Shown here: one piece after another, positions 13,574 to 28,500 of the stretch
Layout: each line of letters begins with the position of its first letter
Position numbering within the stretch: position 1 is the first letter of the stretch
Assembly: GCA_012295275.1 (NCBI GenBank)
Contig: CM022669.1
Coordinates: 124,001-188,000 of the forward strand
Length of the DNA: 64,000 bases
From: Chrysomallon squamiferum
Lineage: Eukaryota > Animalia > Mollusca
Direction of reading: 5' to 3'
Position numbers and translations under genes: made by a program
Notes under the pieces: generated by a model
Databases searched by the model: none
Told to the model about the DNA's origin: nothing
Seen by the model: only the letters and a program-made list of their open reading frames with translations

Positions 13574-16500
13574 TATGTGTGCGTACGATTGAAAGTTTCG
13601 GTGTGCGAGCGGTTGCGACGGGTGTTCGTCTCTTCTCAACAAACAGAAACACGCACTACCTCATCAAAATCAGATGCAATGATTAACCCTTTACACCGTT
13701 TAAACAACTGCTTGAGATCTGAACGCCTTCAATGCAGTCTGTTACGTGTGTATACGATTGAAAGTTTCGGAGCGCGAGCGGTTGCGAGGGTGTTCGTCGT
13801 CTTCTCACAAACAGAAACACGCACTACCTCATCAAAATCAGATGCAATGATTAACCCTTTACACCGTTTAAACAACTGCTTGAGATCTGAACGCCTTCAA
13901 TGCAGTCTCTTATGTGTGCGTACGATTGAAAGTTTCGGTGTGCGAGCGGTTGCGACGGGTGTTCGTCTCTTCTCAACAAACAGAAACACGCACTACCTCA
14001 TCAAAATCAGATGCAATGATTAACCCTTTACACCGTTTAAACAACTGCTTGAGATCTGAACGCCTTCAATGCAGTCTGTTACGTGTGTATACGATTGAAA
14101 GTTTCGGAGCGCGAGCGGTTGCGAGGGGTGTTCGTCTCTTCTCAACAAACAGAAACACGCACTACCTCATCAAAATCAGATGCAATGATTAACCCTTTAC
14201 ACCGTTTAAACAACTGCTTGAGATCTGAACGCCTTCAATGCAGTCTGTTATGTGTGCGTACGATTGAAAGTTTCGGTGTGCGAGCGGTTGCGAGGTGTGT
14301 TCGTCTCTTCTCAACAAACAGAAACACGCACTACCTCATCAAAATCAGATGCAATGATTAACCCTTTTTACACCGTTTAAACAACTGCTTGAGATCTGAA
14401 CGCCTTCAATGCAGTCTGTTATGTGTGCGTACGATTGAAAGTTTCGGTGTGCGAGCGGTTGCGAGGGTGTGTTCGTCTCTTCTCAACAAACAGAAACACG
14501 CACTACCTCATCAAAATCAGATGCAATGATTAACCCTTTACACCGTTTAAACAACTGCTTGAGATCTGAACGCCTTCAATGCAGTGTGTTATGTGTGCGT
14601 ACGATTGAAAGTTTCGGTGCGCGAGCGGTTGCGAGGGGCGTTCGTCTCTTCTCAACAAACAGAAACACGCACTACCTCATCAAAATCAGATGCAATGATT
14701 AACCCTTTACACCGTTTAAACAACTGCTTGAGATCTGAACGCCTTCAATGCAGTCTCTTATGTGTGCGTACGATTGAAAGTTTCGGTGTGCGAGCGGTTG
14801 CGACGGGTGTTCGTCTCTTCTCAACAAACAGAAACACGCACTACCTCATCAAAATCAGATGCAATGATTAACCCTTTACACCGTTTAAACAACTGCTTGA
14901 GATCTGAACGCCTTCAATGCAGTCTCTTATGTGTGCGTACGATTGAAAGTTTCGGTGTGCGAGCGGTTGCGACGGGTGTTCGTCTCTTCTCAACAAACAG
15001 AAACACGCACTACCTCATCAAAATCAGATGCAATGATTAACCCTTTACACCGTTTAAACAACTGCTTGAGATCTGAACGCCTTCAATGCAGTCTGTTTGT
15101 GTGTGCGTACGATTGAAAGTTTCGGTGTGCGAGCGGTTGCGAGGTGTTCGTCTCTTCTCAACAAACAGAAACACGCACTACCTCATCAAAATCAGATGCA
15201 ATGATTAACCCTTTACACCGTTTAAACAACTGCTTGAGATCTGAACGCCTTCAATGCAGTCTGTTTGTGTGCGTACGATTGAAAGTTTCGGTGTGCGAGC
15301 GGTTGCGACGGGTGTTCGTCTCTTCTCAACAAACAGAAACACGCACTACCTCATCAAAATCAGATGCAATGATTAACCCTTTACACCGTTTAAACAACTG
15401 CTTGAGATCTGAACGCCTTCAATGCAGTGTGTTATGTGTGCGTACGATTGAAAGTTTCGGTGTGCGAGCGGTTGCGAGGTGTGTTCGTCTCTTCTCAACA
15501 AACAGAAACACGCACTACCTCATCAAAATCAGATGCAATGATTAACCCTTTACACCGTTTAAACAACTGCTTGAGATCTGAACGCCTTCAATGCAGTCTC
15601 TTATGTGTGCGTACGATTGAAAGTTTCGGTGTGCGAGCGGTTGCGACGGGTGTTCGTCTCTTCTCAACAAACAGAAACACGCACTACCTCATCAAAATCA
15701 GATGCAATGATTAACCCTTTACACCGTTTAAACAACTGCTTGAGATCTGAACGCCTTCAATGCAGTCTGTTATGTGTGCGTACGATTGAAAGTTTCGGTG
15801 TGCGAGCGGTTGCGACGGGTGTTCGTCTCTTCTCAACAAACAGAAACACGCACTACCTCATCAAAATCAGATGCAATGATTAACCCTTTACACCGTTTAA
15901 ACAACTGCTTGAGATCTGAACGCCTTCAATGCAGTCTGTTATGTGTGCGTACGATTGAAAGTTTCGGTGTGCGAGCGGTTGCGACGGGTGTTCGTCTCTT
16001 CTCAACAAACAGAAACACGCACTACCTCATCAAAATCAGATGCAATGATTAACCCTTTACACCGTTTAAACAACTGCTTGAGATCTGAACGCCTTCAATG
16101 CAGTCTGTTGTGTGTGTGCGTACGATTGAAAGTTTTTCGGTGTGCGAGCGGTTGCGAGGGGTGTTCGTCTCTTCTCAACAAACAGAAACACGCACTACCT
16201 CATCAAAATCAGATGCAATGATTAACCCTTTACACCGTTTAAACAACTGCTTGAGATCTGAACGCCTTCAATGCAGTCTGTTATGTGTGCGTACGATTGA
16301 AAGTTTCGGTGTGCGAGCGGTTGCGACGGGTGTTCGTCTCTTCTCAACAAACAGAAACACGCACTACCTCATCAAAATCAGATGCAATGATTAACCCTTT
16401 ACACCGTTTAAACAACTGCTTGAGATCTGAACGCCTTCAATGCAGTCTCTTTATGTGTGCGTACGATTGAAAGTTTCGGTGTGCGAGCGGTTGCGACGGG

Positions 16501-19500
16501 TGTTCGTCTCTTCTCAACAAACAGAAACACGCACTACCTCATCAAAATCAGATGCAATGATTAACCCTTTACACCGTTTAAACAACTGCTTGAGATCTGA
16601 ACGCCTTCAATGCAGTCTGTTATGTGTGTATACGATTGAAAGTTTCGGAGCGCGAGCGGTTGCGAGGGGTGTTCGTCTCTTCTCAACAAACAGAAACACG
16701 CACTACCTCATCAAAATCAGATGCAATGATTAACCCTTTACACCGTTTAAACAACTGCTTGAGATCTGAACGCCTTCAATGCAGTCTCTTATGTGTGCGT
16801 ACGATTGAAAGTTACGATTGAAAGTTTCGGTGTGCGAGCGGTTGCGACGGGTGTTCGTCTCTTCTCAACAAACAGAAACACGCACTACCTCATCAAAATC
16901 AGATGCAATGATTAACCCTTTACACCGTTTAAACAACTGCTTGAGATCTGAACGCCTTCAATGCAGTCTGTTATGTGTGCGTACGATTGAAAGTTTCGGT
17001 GTGCGAGCGGTTGCGACGGGTGTTCGTCTCTTCTCAACAAACAGAAACACGCACTACCTCATCAAAATCAGATGCAATGATTAACCCTTTACACCGTTTA
17101 AACAACTGCTTGAGATCTGAACGCCTTCAATGCAGTCTGTTATGTGTGCGTACGATTGAAAGTTTCGGTGTGCGAGCGGTTGCGAGGGGTGTTCGTCTCT
17201 TCTCAACAAACAGAAACACGCACTACCTCATCAAAATCAGATGCAATGATTAACCCTTTACACCGTTTAAACAACTGCTTGAGATCTGAACGCCTTCAAT
17301 GCAGTCTCTTATGTGTGCGTACGATTGAAAGTTTCGGTGTGCGAGCGGTTGCGAGGGGTGTTCGTCTCTTCTCAACAAACAGAAACACGCACTACCTCAT
17401 CAAAATCAGATGCAATGATTAACCCTTTACACCGTTTAAACAACTGCTTGAGATCTGAACGCCTTCAATGCAGTCTGTTACGTGTGTATACGATTGAAAG
17501 TTTCGGAGCGCGAGCGGTTGCGACGGGTGTTCGTCTCTTCTCAACAAACAGAAACACGCACTACCTCATCAAAATCAGATGCAATGATTAACCCTTTACA
17601 CCGTTTAAACAACTGCTTGAGATCTGAACGCCTTCAATGCAGTCTGTTATGTGTGCGTACGATTGAAAGTTTTCGGTGTGCGAGCGGTTGCGACGGGTGT
17701 TCGTCTCTTCTCAACAAACAGAAACACGCACTACCTCATCAAAATCAGATGCAATGATTAACCCTTTACACCGTTTAAACAACTGCTTGAGATCTGAACG
17801 CCTTCAATGCAGTCTGTTATGTGTGCGTACGATTGAAAGTTTCGGTGCGCGCGAGCGGTTGCGAGGTGCGTTCGTCTCTTCTCAACAAACAGAAACACGC
17901 ACTACCTCATCAAAATCAGATGCAATGATTAACCCTTTACACCGTTTAAACAACTGCTTGAGATCTGAACGCCTTCAATGCAGTCTGTTATGTGTGCGTA
18001 CGATTGAAAGTTTCGGTGCGAGCGCGGTTGACGGGTGTTCGTCTCTTCTCAAACAAACAGAAACACGCACTACCTCATCAAAATCAGATGCAATGATTAA
18101 CCCTTTACACCGTTTAAACAACTGCTTGAGATCTGAACGCCTTCAATGCAGTCTGTTATGTGTGCGTACGATTGAAAGTTTCGGTGTGCGAGCGGTTGCG
18201 AGGTGTGTTCGTCTCTTCTCAACAAACAGAAACACGCACTACCTCATCAAAATCAGATGCAATGATTAACCCTTTACACCGTTTAAACAAACTGTGCTGC
18301 TTGAGATCTGAACGCCTTCAATGCAGTCTGTTATGTGTGCGTACGATTGAAAGTTTCGGTGTGCGAGCGGTTGCGACGGGTGTTCGTCTCTTCTCAACAA
18401 ACAGAAACACGCACTACCTCATCAAAATCAGATGCAATGATTAACCCTTTACACCGTTTAAACAACTGCTTGAGATCTGAACGCCTTCAATGCAGTCTCT
18501 TATGTGTGCGTACGATTGAAAGTTTCGGTGTGCGAGCGGTTGCGACGGGTGTTCGTCTCTTCTCAACAAACAGAAACACGCACTACCTCATCAAAATCAG
18601 ATGCAATGATTAACCCTTTACACCGTTTAAACAACTGCTTGAGATCTGAACGCCTTCAATGCAGTCTGTTTATGTGTGCGTACGATTGAAAGTTTCGGTG
18701 CGCGAGCGGTTGCGACGGGTGTTCGTCTCTTCTCAACAAACAGAAACACGCACTACCTCATCAAAATCAGATGCAATGATTAACCCTTTACACCGTTTAA
18801 ACAACTGCTTGAGATCTGAACGCCTTCAATGCAGTCTGTTATGTGTGTGCGTACGATTGAAAAAGTTTCGGTGTGCGAGCGGTTGCGACGGGTGTTCGTC
18901 TCTTCTCAACAAACAGAAACACGCACTACCTCATCAAAATCAGATGCAATGATTAACCCTTTACACCGTTTAAACAACTGCTTGAGATCTGAACGCCTTC
19001 AATGCAGTCTATTATGTGTGCGTACGATTGAAAGTTTCGGTGCGCGAGCGGTTGCGACGGGTGTTCGTCTCTTCTCAACAAACAGAAACACGCACTACCT
19101 CATCAAAATCAGATGCAATGATTAACCCTTTACACCGTTTAAACAACTGCTTGAGATCTGAATCTTCAAACGCCTTCAATGCAGTCTGTTGCGACGGGTG
19201 TTCGTGTGTGTGCGTACGATTGAAAGTTTCGGTGTGCGAGCGGTTGCGAGCGGGGTGTTCGTCTCTTCTCAACAAACAGAAACACGCACTACCTCATCAA
19301 AATCAGATGCAATGATTAACCCTTTACACCGTTTAAACAACTGCTTGAGATCTGAACGCCTTCAATGCAGTCTGTTATGTGTGCGTACGATTGAAAGTTT
19401 CGGAGCGCGAGCGGTTGCGAGGTGCGTTCGTCTCTTCTCAACAAACAGAAACACGCACTACCTCATCAAAATCAGATGCAATGATTAACCCTTTACACCG

Positions 19501-22500
19501 TTTAAACAACTGCTTGAGATCTGAACGCCTTCAATGCAGTCTCTTATGTGTGCGTACGATTGAAAGTTTCGGTGCGCGAGCGGTTGCGACGGGTGTTCGT
19601 CTCTTCTCAACAAACAGAAACACGCACTACCTCATCAAAATCAGATGCAATGATTAACCCTTTACACCGTTTAAACAACTGCTTGAGATCTGAACGCCTT
19701 CAATGCAGTCTGTTGTTATGTGTGCGTACGATTGAAAGTTTCGGTGTGCGAGCGGTTGCGACGGGTGTTCGTCTCTTCTCAACAAACAGAAACACGCACT
19801 ACCTCATCAAAATCAGATGCAATGATTAACCCTTTACACCGTTTAAACAACTGCTTGAGATCTGAACGCCTTCAATGCAGTCTCTTATGTGTGCGTACGA
19901 TTGAAAGTTTCGGTGCGCGAGCGGTTGCGACGGGTGTTCGTCTCTTCTCAACAAACAGAAACACGCACTACCTCATCAAAATCAGATGCAATGATTAACC
20001 CTTTACACCGTTTAAACAACTGCTTGAGATCTGAACGCCTTCAATGCAGTCTCTTATGTGTGCGTACGATTGAAAGTTTCGGTGTGCGAGCGGTTGCGAG
20101 GTGCGTTCGTCTCTTCTCAACAAACAGAAACACGCACTACCTCATCAAAATCAGATGCAATGATTAACCCTTTACACCGTTTAAACAACTGCTTGAGATC
20201 TGAACGCCTTCAATGCAGTCTCTTATGTGTGCGTACGATTGAAAGTTTCGGTGTGCGAGCGGTTGCGACGGGTGTTCGTCTCTTCTCTCCAACGTTTAAA
20301 AAAAACAAACAGAAACACGCACTACCTCATCAAAATCAGATGCAATGATTAACCCTTTACACCGTTTAAACAACTGCTTGAGATCTGAACGCCTTCAATG
20401 CAGTCTGTTATGTGTGCGTACGATTGAAAGTTTCGGTGTGCGAGCGGTTGCGACGGGTGTTCGTCTCTTCTCAACAAACAGAAACACGCACTACCTCATC
20501 AAAATCAGATGCAATGATTAACCCTTTACACCGTTTAAAAACAACTGCTTGAGATCTGAACGCCTTCAATGCAGTCTGTTGTGTGTGTGCGTACGATTGA
20601 AAGTTTCGGTGTGCGAGCGGTTGCGACGGGTGTTCGTCTCTTCTCAACAAACAGAAACACGCACTACCTCATCAAAATCAGATGCAATGATTAACCCTTT
20701 ACACCGTTTAAACAACTGCTTGAGATCTGAACGCCTTCAATGCAGTCTGTTATGTGTGCGTACGATTGAAAGTTTCGGTGTGCGAGCGAGCGGTGCGACG
20801 GGTGTGTTCGTCTCTTCTCAACAAACAGAAACACGCACTACCTCATCAAAATCAGATGCAATGATTAACCCTTTACACCGTTTAAACAACTGCTTGAGAT
20901 CTGAACGCCTTCAATGCAGTGTGTTATGTGTGCGTACGATTGAAAGTTTCGGTGTGCGAGCGGTTGCGAGGGGTGTTCGTCTCTTCTCAACAAACAGAAA
21001 CACGCACTACCTCATCAAAATCAGATGCAATGATTAACCCTTTACACCGTTTAAACAACTGCTTGAGATCTGAACGCCTTCAATGCAGTCTGTTATGTGT
21101 GCGTACGATTGAAAGTTTCGGTGTGCGAGCGGTTGCGAGCGGTTGCGACGGGTGTTCGTCTCTTCTCAACAAACAGAAACACGCACTACCTCATCAAAAT
21201 CAGATGCAATGATTAACCCTTTACACCGTTTAAACAACTGCTTGAGATCTGAACGCCTTCAATGCAGTCTGTTATGTGTGCGTTACGATTGAAAAGTTTC
21301 GGTGTGCGAGCGGTTGCGACGGTTCGTTCGTCTCTTCTCAACAAACAGAAACACGCACTACCTCATCAAAATCAGATGCAATGATTAACCCTTTACACCG
21401 TTTAAACAACTGCTTGAGATCTGAACGCCTTCAATGCAGTCTGTTATGTGTGCGTACGATTGAAAGTTTCGGTGTGCGAGCGGTTGCGACGGGTGTTCGT
21501 CTCTTCTCAACAAACAGAAACACGCACTACCTCATCAAAATCAGATGCAATGATTAACCCTTTACACCGTTTAAAAACAACTGCTTGAGATCTGAACGCC
21601 TTCAATGCAGTCTGTTTGTGTGCGTACGATTGAAAGTTTCGGTGCGCGAGCGGTTGCGACGGGTGTTCGTTCGTCTCTTCTCAACAAACAGAAACACGCA
21701 CTACCTCATCAAAATCAGATGCAATGATTAACCCTTTACACCGTTTAAACAACTGCTTGAGATCTGAACGCCTTCAATGCAGTGTATTATGTGTGCGTAC
21801 GATTGAAAGTTTCGGTGCGCGAGCGGTTGCGACGGGTGTTCGTCTCTTCTCAACAAACAGAAACACGCACTACCTCATCAAAATCAGATGCAATGATTAA
21901 CCCTTTACACCGTTTAAACAACAGCTTGAGATCTGAATGCCTTCAATGCAGTGTATTATGTGTGCGTACGATTGAAAGTTTCGGTGCGCGAGCGGTTGCG
22001 ACGGGTGTTCGTCTCTTCTCAACAAACAGAAACACGCACTACCTCATCAAAATCAGATGCAATGATTAACCCTTTACACCGTTTAAACAACTGCTTGAGA
22101 TCTGAACGCCTTCAATGCAGTCTCTTATGTGTGCGTACGATTGAAAGTTTCGGTGTGCGAGCGGTTGCGACGTTCGTTCGTCTCTTCTCAACAAACAGAA
22201 ACACGCACTACCTCATCAAAATCAGATGCAATGATTAACCCTTTACACCGTTTAAACAACTGCTTGAGATCTGAACGCCTTCAATGCAGTCTCTTATGTG
22301 TGCGTACGATTGAAAGTTTCGGTGTGCGAGCGGTTGCGACGGGTGTTCGTCTCTTCTCAACAAACAGAAACACGCACTACCTCATCAAAATCAGATGCAA
22401 TGATTAACCCTTTACACCGTTTAAACAACTGCTTGAGATCTGAACGCCTTCAATGCAGTCTGTTATGTGTGCGTACGATTGAAGTTTTTCGGTGCGCGAG

Positions 22501-25500
22501 CGGTTGCGACGGGTGTTCGTCTCTTCTCAACAAACAGAAACACGCACTACCTCATCAAAATCAGATGCAATGATTAACCCTTTACACCGTTTAAACAACT
22601 GCTTGAGATCTGAACGCCTTCAATGCAGTCTGTTTATGTGTGCGTACGATTGAAAGTTTCGGTGCGCGAGCGGTTGCGACGGGTGTTCGTCTCTTCTCAA
22701 CAAACAAACAGAAACACGCACTACCTCATCAAAATCAGATGCAATGATTAACCCTTTACACCGTTTAAACAACTGCTTGAGATCTGAACGCCTTCAATGC
22801 AGTCTCTTATGTGTGCGTACGATTGAAAGTTTCGGTGTGCGAGCGGTTGCGACGGGTGTTCGTCTCTTCTCAACAAACAGAAACACGCACTACCTCATCA
22901 AAATCAGATGCAATGATTAACCCTTTACACCGTTTAAACAACTGCTTGAGATCTGAACGCCTTCAATGCAGTCTGTTATGTGTGCGTACGATTGAAAAGT
23001 TTCGGTGTGCGAGCGGTTTGCGACGGGTGTTCGTCTCTTCTCAACAAACAGAAACACGCACTACCTCATCAAAATCAGATGCAATGATTAACCCTTTACA
23101 CCGTTTAAACAACTGCTTGAGATCTGAACGCCTTCAATGCAGTCTGTTATGTGTGCGTACGATTGAAAGTTTCGGTGTGCGAGCGGTTGCGAGGGGTGTT
23201 CGTCTCTTCTCAACAAACAGAAACACGCACTACCTCATCAAAATCAGATGCAATGATTAACCCTTTACACCGTTTAAACAACTGCTGCTTGAGATCTGAA
23301 CGCCTTCAATGCAGTCTCTTATGTGTGCGTACGATTGAAAGTTTCGGTGTGCGAGCGGTTGCGACGGGTGTTCGTCTCTTCTCAACAAACAGAAACACGC
23401 ACTACCTCATCAAAATCAGATGCAATGATTAACCCTTTACACCGTTTAAACAACTGCTTGAGATCTGAACGCCTTCAATGCAGTCTCTTATGTGTGCGTA
23501 CGATTGAAAGTTTCGGTGTGCGAGCGGTTGCGACGGGTGTTCGTCTCTTCTCAACAAACAGAAACACGCACTACCTCATCAAAATCAGATGCAATGATTA
23601 ACCCTTTACACCGTTTAAACAACTGCTTGAGATCTGAACGCCTTCAATGCAGTCTCTTATGTGTGCGTACGATTGAAAGTTTCGGTGTGCGAGCGGTTGC
23701 GACGGGTGTTCGTCTCTTCTCAACAAACAGAAACACGCACTACCTCATCAAAATCAGATGCAATGATTAACCCTTTACACCGTTTAAACAACTGCTTGAG
23801 ATCAACTTCTTGAGATCTGAACGCCTTCAATGCAGTCTGTTATGTGTGTATACGATTGAAAGTTTCGGTGTGCGAGCGGTTGCGACGGGTGTTCGTCTCT
23901 TCTCAACAAACAGAAACACGCACTACCTCATCAAAATCAGATGCAATGATTAACCCTTTACACCGTTTAAACAACTGCTTGAGATCTGAACGCCTTCAAT
24001 GCAGTCTTTTATGTGTGCGTACGATTGAAAGTTTCGGTGTGCGAGCGGTTGCGACGGTCGTTCGTCTCTTCTCAACAAACAGAAACACGCACTACCTCAT
24101 CAAAATCAGATGCAATGATTAACCCTTTACACCGTTTAAACAACTGCTTGAGATCTGAACGCCTTCAATGCAGTCTCTTATGTGTGCGTACGATTGAAAG
24201 TTTCGGTGTGCGAGCGGTTGCGACGGGTGTTCGTCTCTTCTCAACAAACAGAAACACGCACTACCTCATCAAAATCAGATGCAATGATTAACCCTTTACA
24301 CCGTTTAAACAACTGCTTGAGATCTGAACGCCTTCAATGCAGTCTGTTATGTGTGCGTACGATTGAAAGTTTCGGTGTGCGAGCGGTTGCGACGGGTGTT
24401 CGTCTCTTCTCAACAAACAGAAACACGCACTACCTCATCAAAATCAGATGCAATGATTAACCCTTTACACCGTTTAAACAACTGCTTGAGATCTGAACGC
24501 CTTCAATGCAGTCTCTTATGTGTGCGTACGATTGAAAGTTTCGGTGTGCGAGCGGTTGCGACGGGTGTTCGTCTCTTCTCAACAAACAGAAACACGCACT
24601 ACCTCATCAAAATCAGATGCAATGATTAACCCTTTACACCGTTTAAACAACTGCTTGAGATCTGAACGCCTTCAATGCAGTCTGTTATGTGTGCGTACGA
24701 TTGAAAGTTTCGGTGTGCGAGCGGTTGCGACGGGTGTTCGTCTTCTTCTCAACAAACAGAAAACACGCACTACCTCATCAAAATCAGATGCAATGATTAA
24801 CCCTTTACACCGTTTAAACAACTGCTTGAGATCTGAACGCCTTCAATGCAGTCTGTTTATGTGTGCGTACGATTGAAAGTTTCGGTGTGCGAGCGGTTGC
24901 GACGGGTGTTCGTCTCTTCTCAACAAACAGAAACACGCACTACCTCATCAAAATCAGATGCAATGATTAATGATTAACCCTTTACACCGTTTAAACAACT
25001 GCTTGAGATCTGAACGCCTTCAATGCAGTCTGTTGAATGTGTGCGTACGATTGAAAGTTTTCGGTGCGCGAGCGGTTGCGACGGGTGTTCGTCTCTTCTC
25101 AACAAACAGAAACACGCACTACCTCATCAAAATCAGATGCAATGATTAACCCTTTACACCGTTTAAACAACTGCTTGAGATCTGAACGCCTTCAATGCAG
25201 TGTGTTATGTGTGCGTACGATTGAAAGTTTCGGTGTGCGAGCGAGCGGTTTGCGACGTTCGTTCGTCTCTTCTCAACAAACAGAAACACGCACTACCTCA
25301 TCAAAATCAGATGCAATGATTAACCCTTTACACCGTTTAAACAACTGCTTGAGATCTGAACGCCTTCAATGCAGTCTCTTATGTGTGCGTACGATTGAAA
25401 GTTTCGGTGTGCGAGCGGTTGCGACGGGTGTTCGTCTCTTCTCAACAAACAGAAACACGCACTACCTCATCAAAATCAGATGCAATGATTAACCCTTTAC

Positions 25501-28500
25501 ACCGTTTAAACAACTGCTTGAGATCTGAACGCCTTCAATGCAGTCTTTATGTGTGCGTACGATTGAAAGTTTCGGTGCGCGAGCGGTTGCGACGGGTGTT
25601 CGTCTCTTCTCAACAAACAGAAACACGCACTACCTCATCAAAATCAGATGCAATGATTAACCCTTTACACCGTTTAAACAACTGCTTGAGATCTGAACGC
25701 CTTCAATGCAGTGTGTTATGTGTGCGTACGATTGAAAGTTTCGGTGTGCGAGCGAGCGGTTGCGCGACGGGTGTTCGTCTCTTCTCAACAAACAGAAACA
25801 CGCACTACCTCATCAAAATCAGATGCAATGATTAACCCTTTACACCGTTTAAACAACTGCTTGAGATCTGAACGCCTTCAATGCAGTCTGTTACGTGTGT
25901 ATACGATTGAAAGTTTCGGTGTGCGAGCGGTTGCGACGGGTGTTCGTCTCTTCTCAACAAACAGAAACACGCACTACCTCATCAAAATCAGATGCAATGA
26001 TTAACCCTTTACACCGTTTAAACAACAGCTTGAGATCTGAATGCCTTCAATGCAGTGTATTATGTGTGCGTACGATTGAAAGTTTCGGTGCGCGAGCGGT
26101 TGCGACGGGTGTTCGTCTCTTCTCAACAAACAGAAACACGCACTACCTCATCAAAATCAGATGCAATGATTAACCCTTTACACCGTTTAAACAACTGCTT
26201 GAGATCTGAACGCCTTCAATGCAGTCTCTTATGTGTGCGTACGATTACGATTGAAAGTTTCGGTGTGCGAGCGGTTGCGACGGGTGTTCGTCTCTTCTCA
26301 ACAAACAGAAACACGCACTACCTCATCAAAATCAGATGCAATGATTAACCCTTTACACCGTTTAAACAACTGCTTGAGATCTGAACGCCTTCAATGCAGT
26401 CTGTTATGTGTGCGTACGATTGAAAGTTTCGGTGTGCGAGCGGTTGCGACGGGTGTTCGTCTCTTCTCAACAAACAGAAACACGCACTACCTCATCAAAA
26501 TCAGATGCAATGATTAACCCTTTACACCGTTTAAACAACTGCTTGAGATCTGAACGCCTTCAATGCAGTCTCTTATGTGTGCGTACGATTGAAAGTTTCG
26601 GTGTGCGAGCGGTTGCGACGGGTGTTCGTCTCTTCTCAACAAACAGAAACACGCACTACCTCATCAAAATCAGATGCAATGATTAACCCTTTACACCGTT
26701 TAAACAACTGCTTGAGATCTGAACGCCTTCAATGCAGTCTCTTATGTGTGCGTACGATTGAAAGTTTCGGTGTGCGAGCGGTTGCGACGGGTGTTCGTCT
26801 CTTCTCAACAAACAGAAACACGCACTACCTCATCAAAATCAGATGCAATGATTAACCCTTTACACCGTTTAAACAACTGCTTGAGATCTGAACGCCTTCA
26901 ATGCAGTGTGTTATGTGTGCGTACGATTGAAAGTTTCGGTGTGCGAGCGGTTGCGAGGTGTGTTCGTCTCTTCTCAATAAACGCACACGTAACACGCACT
27001 ACCTCATCAAAATCAGATGCAATGATTAACCCTTTACACCGTTTAAACAACTGCTTGAGATCTGAACGCCTTCAATGCAGTCTCTTATGTGTGCGTACGA
27101 TTGAAAGTTTTCGGTGTGCGAGCGGTTGCGACGGGTGTTCGTCTCTTCTCAACAAACAGAAACACGCACTACCTCATCAAAATCAGATGCAATGATTAAC
27201 CCTTTACACCGTTTAAACAACTGCTTGAGATCTGAACGCCTTCAATGCACGTCTGTTATGTGTGTGCGTACGATTGAGTTTTTCGGTGTGCGAGCGGTTG
27301 CGAGGTGTGTTCGTCTCTTCTCAACAAACAGAAACACGCACTACCTCATCAAAATCAGATGCAATGATTAACCCTTTACACCGTTTAAACAACTGCTTGA
27401 GATCTGAACGCCTTCAATGCAGTCTCTTATGTGTGCGTACGATTGAAAGTTTCGGTGTGCGAGCGGTTGCGACGGGTGTTCGTCTCTTCTCAACAAACAG
27501 AAACACGCACTACCTCATCAAAATCAGATGCAATGATTAACCCTTTACACCGTTTAAACAACTGCTTGAGATCTGAACGCCTTCAATGCAGTCTGTTATG
27601 TGTGCGTACGATTGAAAGTTTCGGTGCGCGAGCGGTTGCGACGGGTGTTCGTCTCTTCTCAACAAACAGAAACACGCACTACCTCATCAAAATCAGATGC
27701 AATGATTAACCCTTTACACCGTTTAAACAACTGCTTGAGATCTGAACGGCTTCAATGCAGTCTGTTACGTGTGTATACGATTGAAAGTTTCGGAGCGCGA
27801 GCGGTTGCGACGGGTGTTCGTCTCTTCTCAACAAACAGAAACACGCACTACCTCATCAAAATCAGATGCAATGATTAACCCTTTACACCGTTTAAACAAC
27901 TGCTTGAGATCTGAACGCCTTCAATGCAGTCTGTTATGTGTGCGTACGATTGAAAGTTTCGGTGTGCGAGCGGTTGCGACGGGTGTTCGTCTCTTCTCAA
28001 CAAACAGAAACACGCACTACCTCATCAAAATCAGATGCAATGATTAACCCTTTACACCGTTTAAAAACAACTGCTTGAGATCTGAACGCCTTCAATGCAG
28101 TCTGTTATGTGTGCGTACGATTGAAAGTTTCGGTGTGCGAGCGGTTGCGACGGGTGTTCGTCTCTTCTCAACAAACAGAAACACGCACTACCTCATCAAA
28201 ATCAGATGCAATGATTAACCCTTTACACCGTTTAAACAACTGCTTGAGATCTGAACGCCTTCAATGCAGTCTGTTATGTGTGCGTACGATTGAAAGTTTC
28301 GGTGTGCGAGCGGTTGCGAGGTGTGTTCGTCTCTTCTCAACAAACAGAAACACGCACTACCTCATCAAAATCAGATGCAATGATTAACCCTTTACACCGT
28401 TTAAACAACTGCTTGAGATCTGAACGCCTTCAATGCAGTCTGTTATGTGTGCGTACGATTGAAAGTTTCGGTGTGCGAGCGGTTGCGACGGTGTGTTCGT

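Noticed and set aside
13574-13742. CENP-B box in the monomer
   Set aside because: tttcggtgtgcgagcgg does not fit nTTCGnnnnAnnCGGGn.
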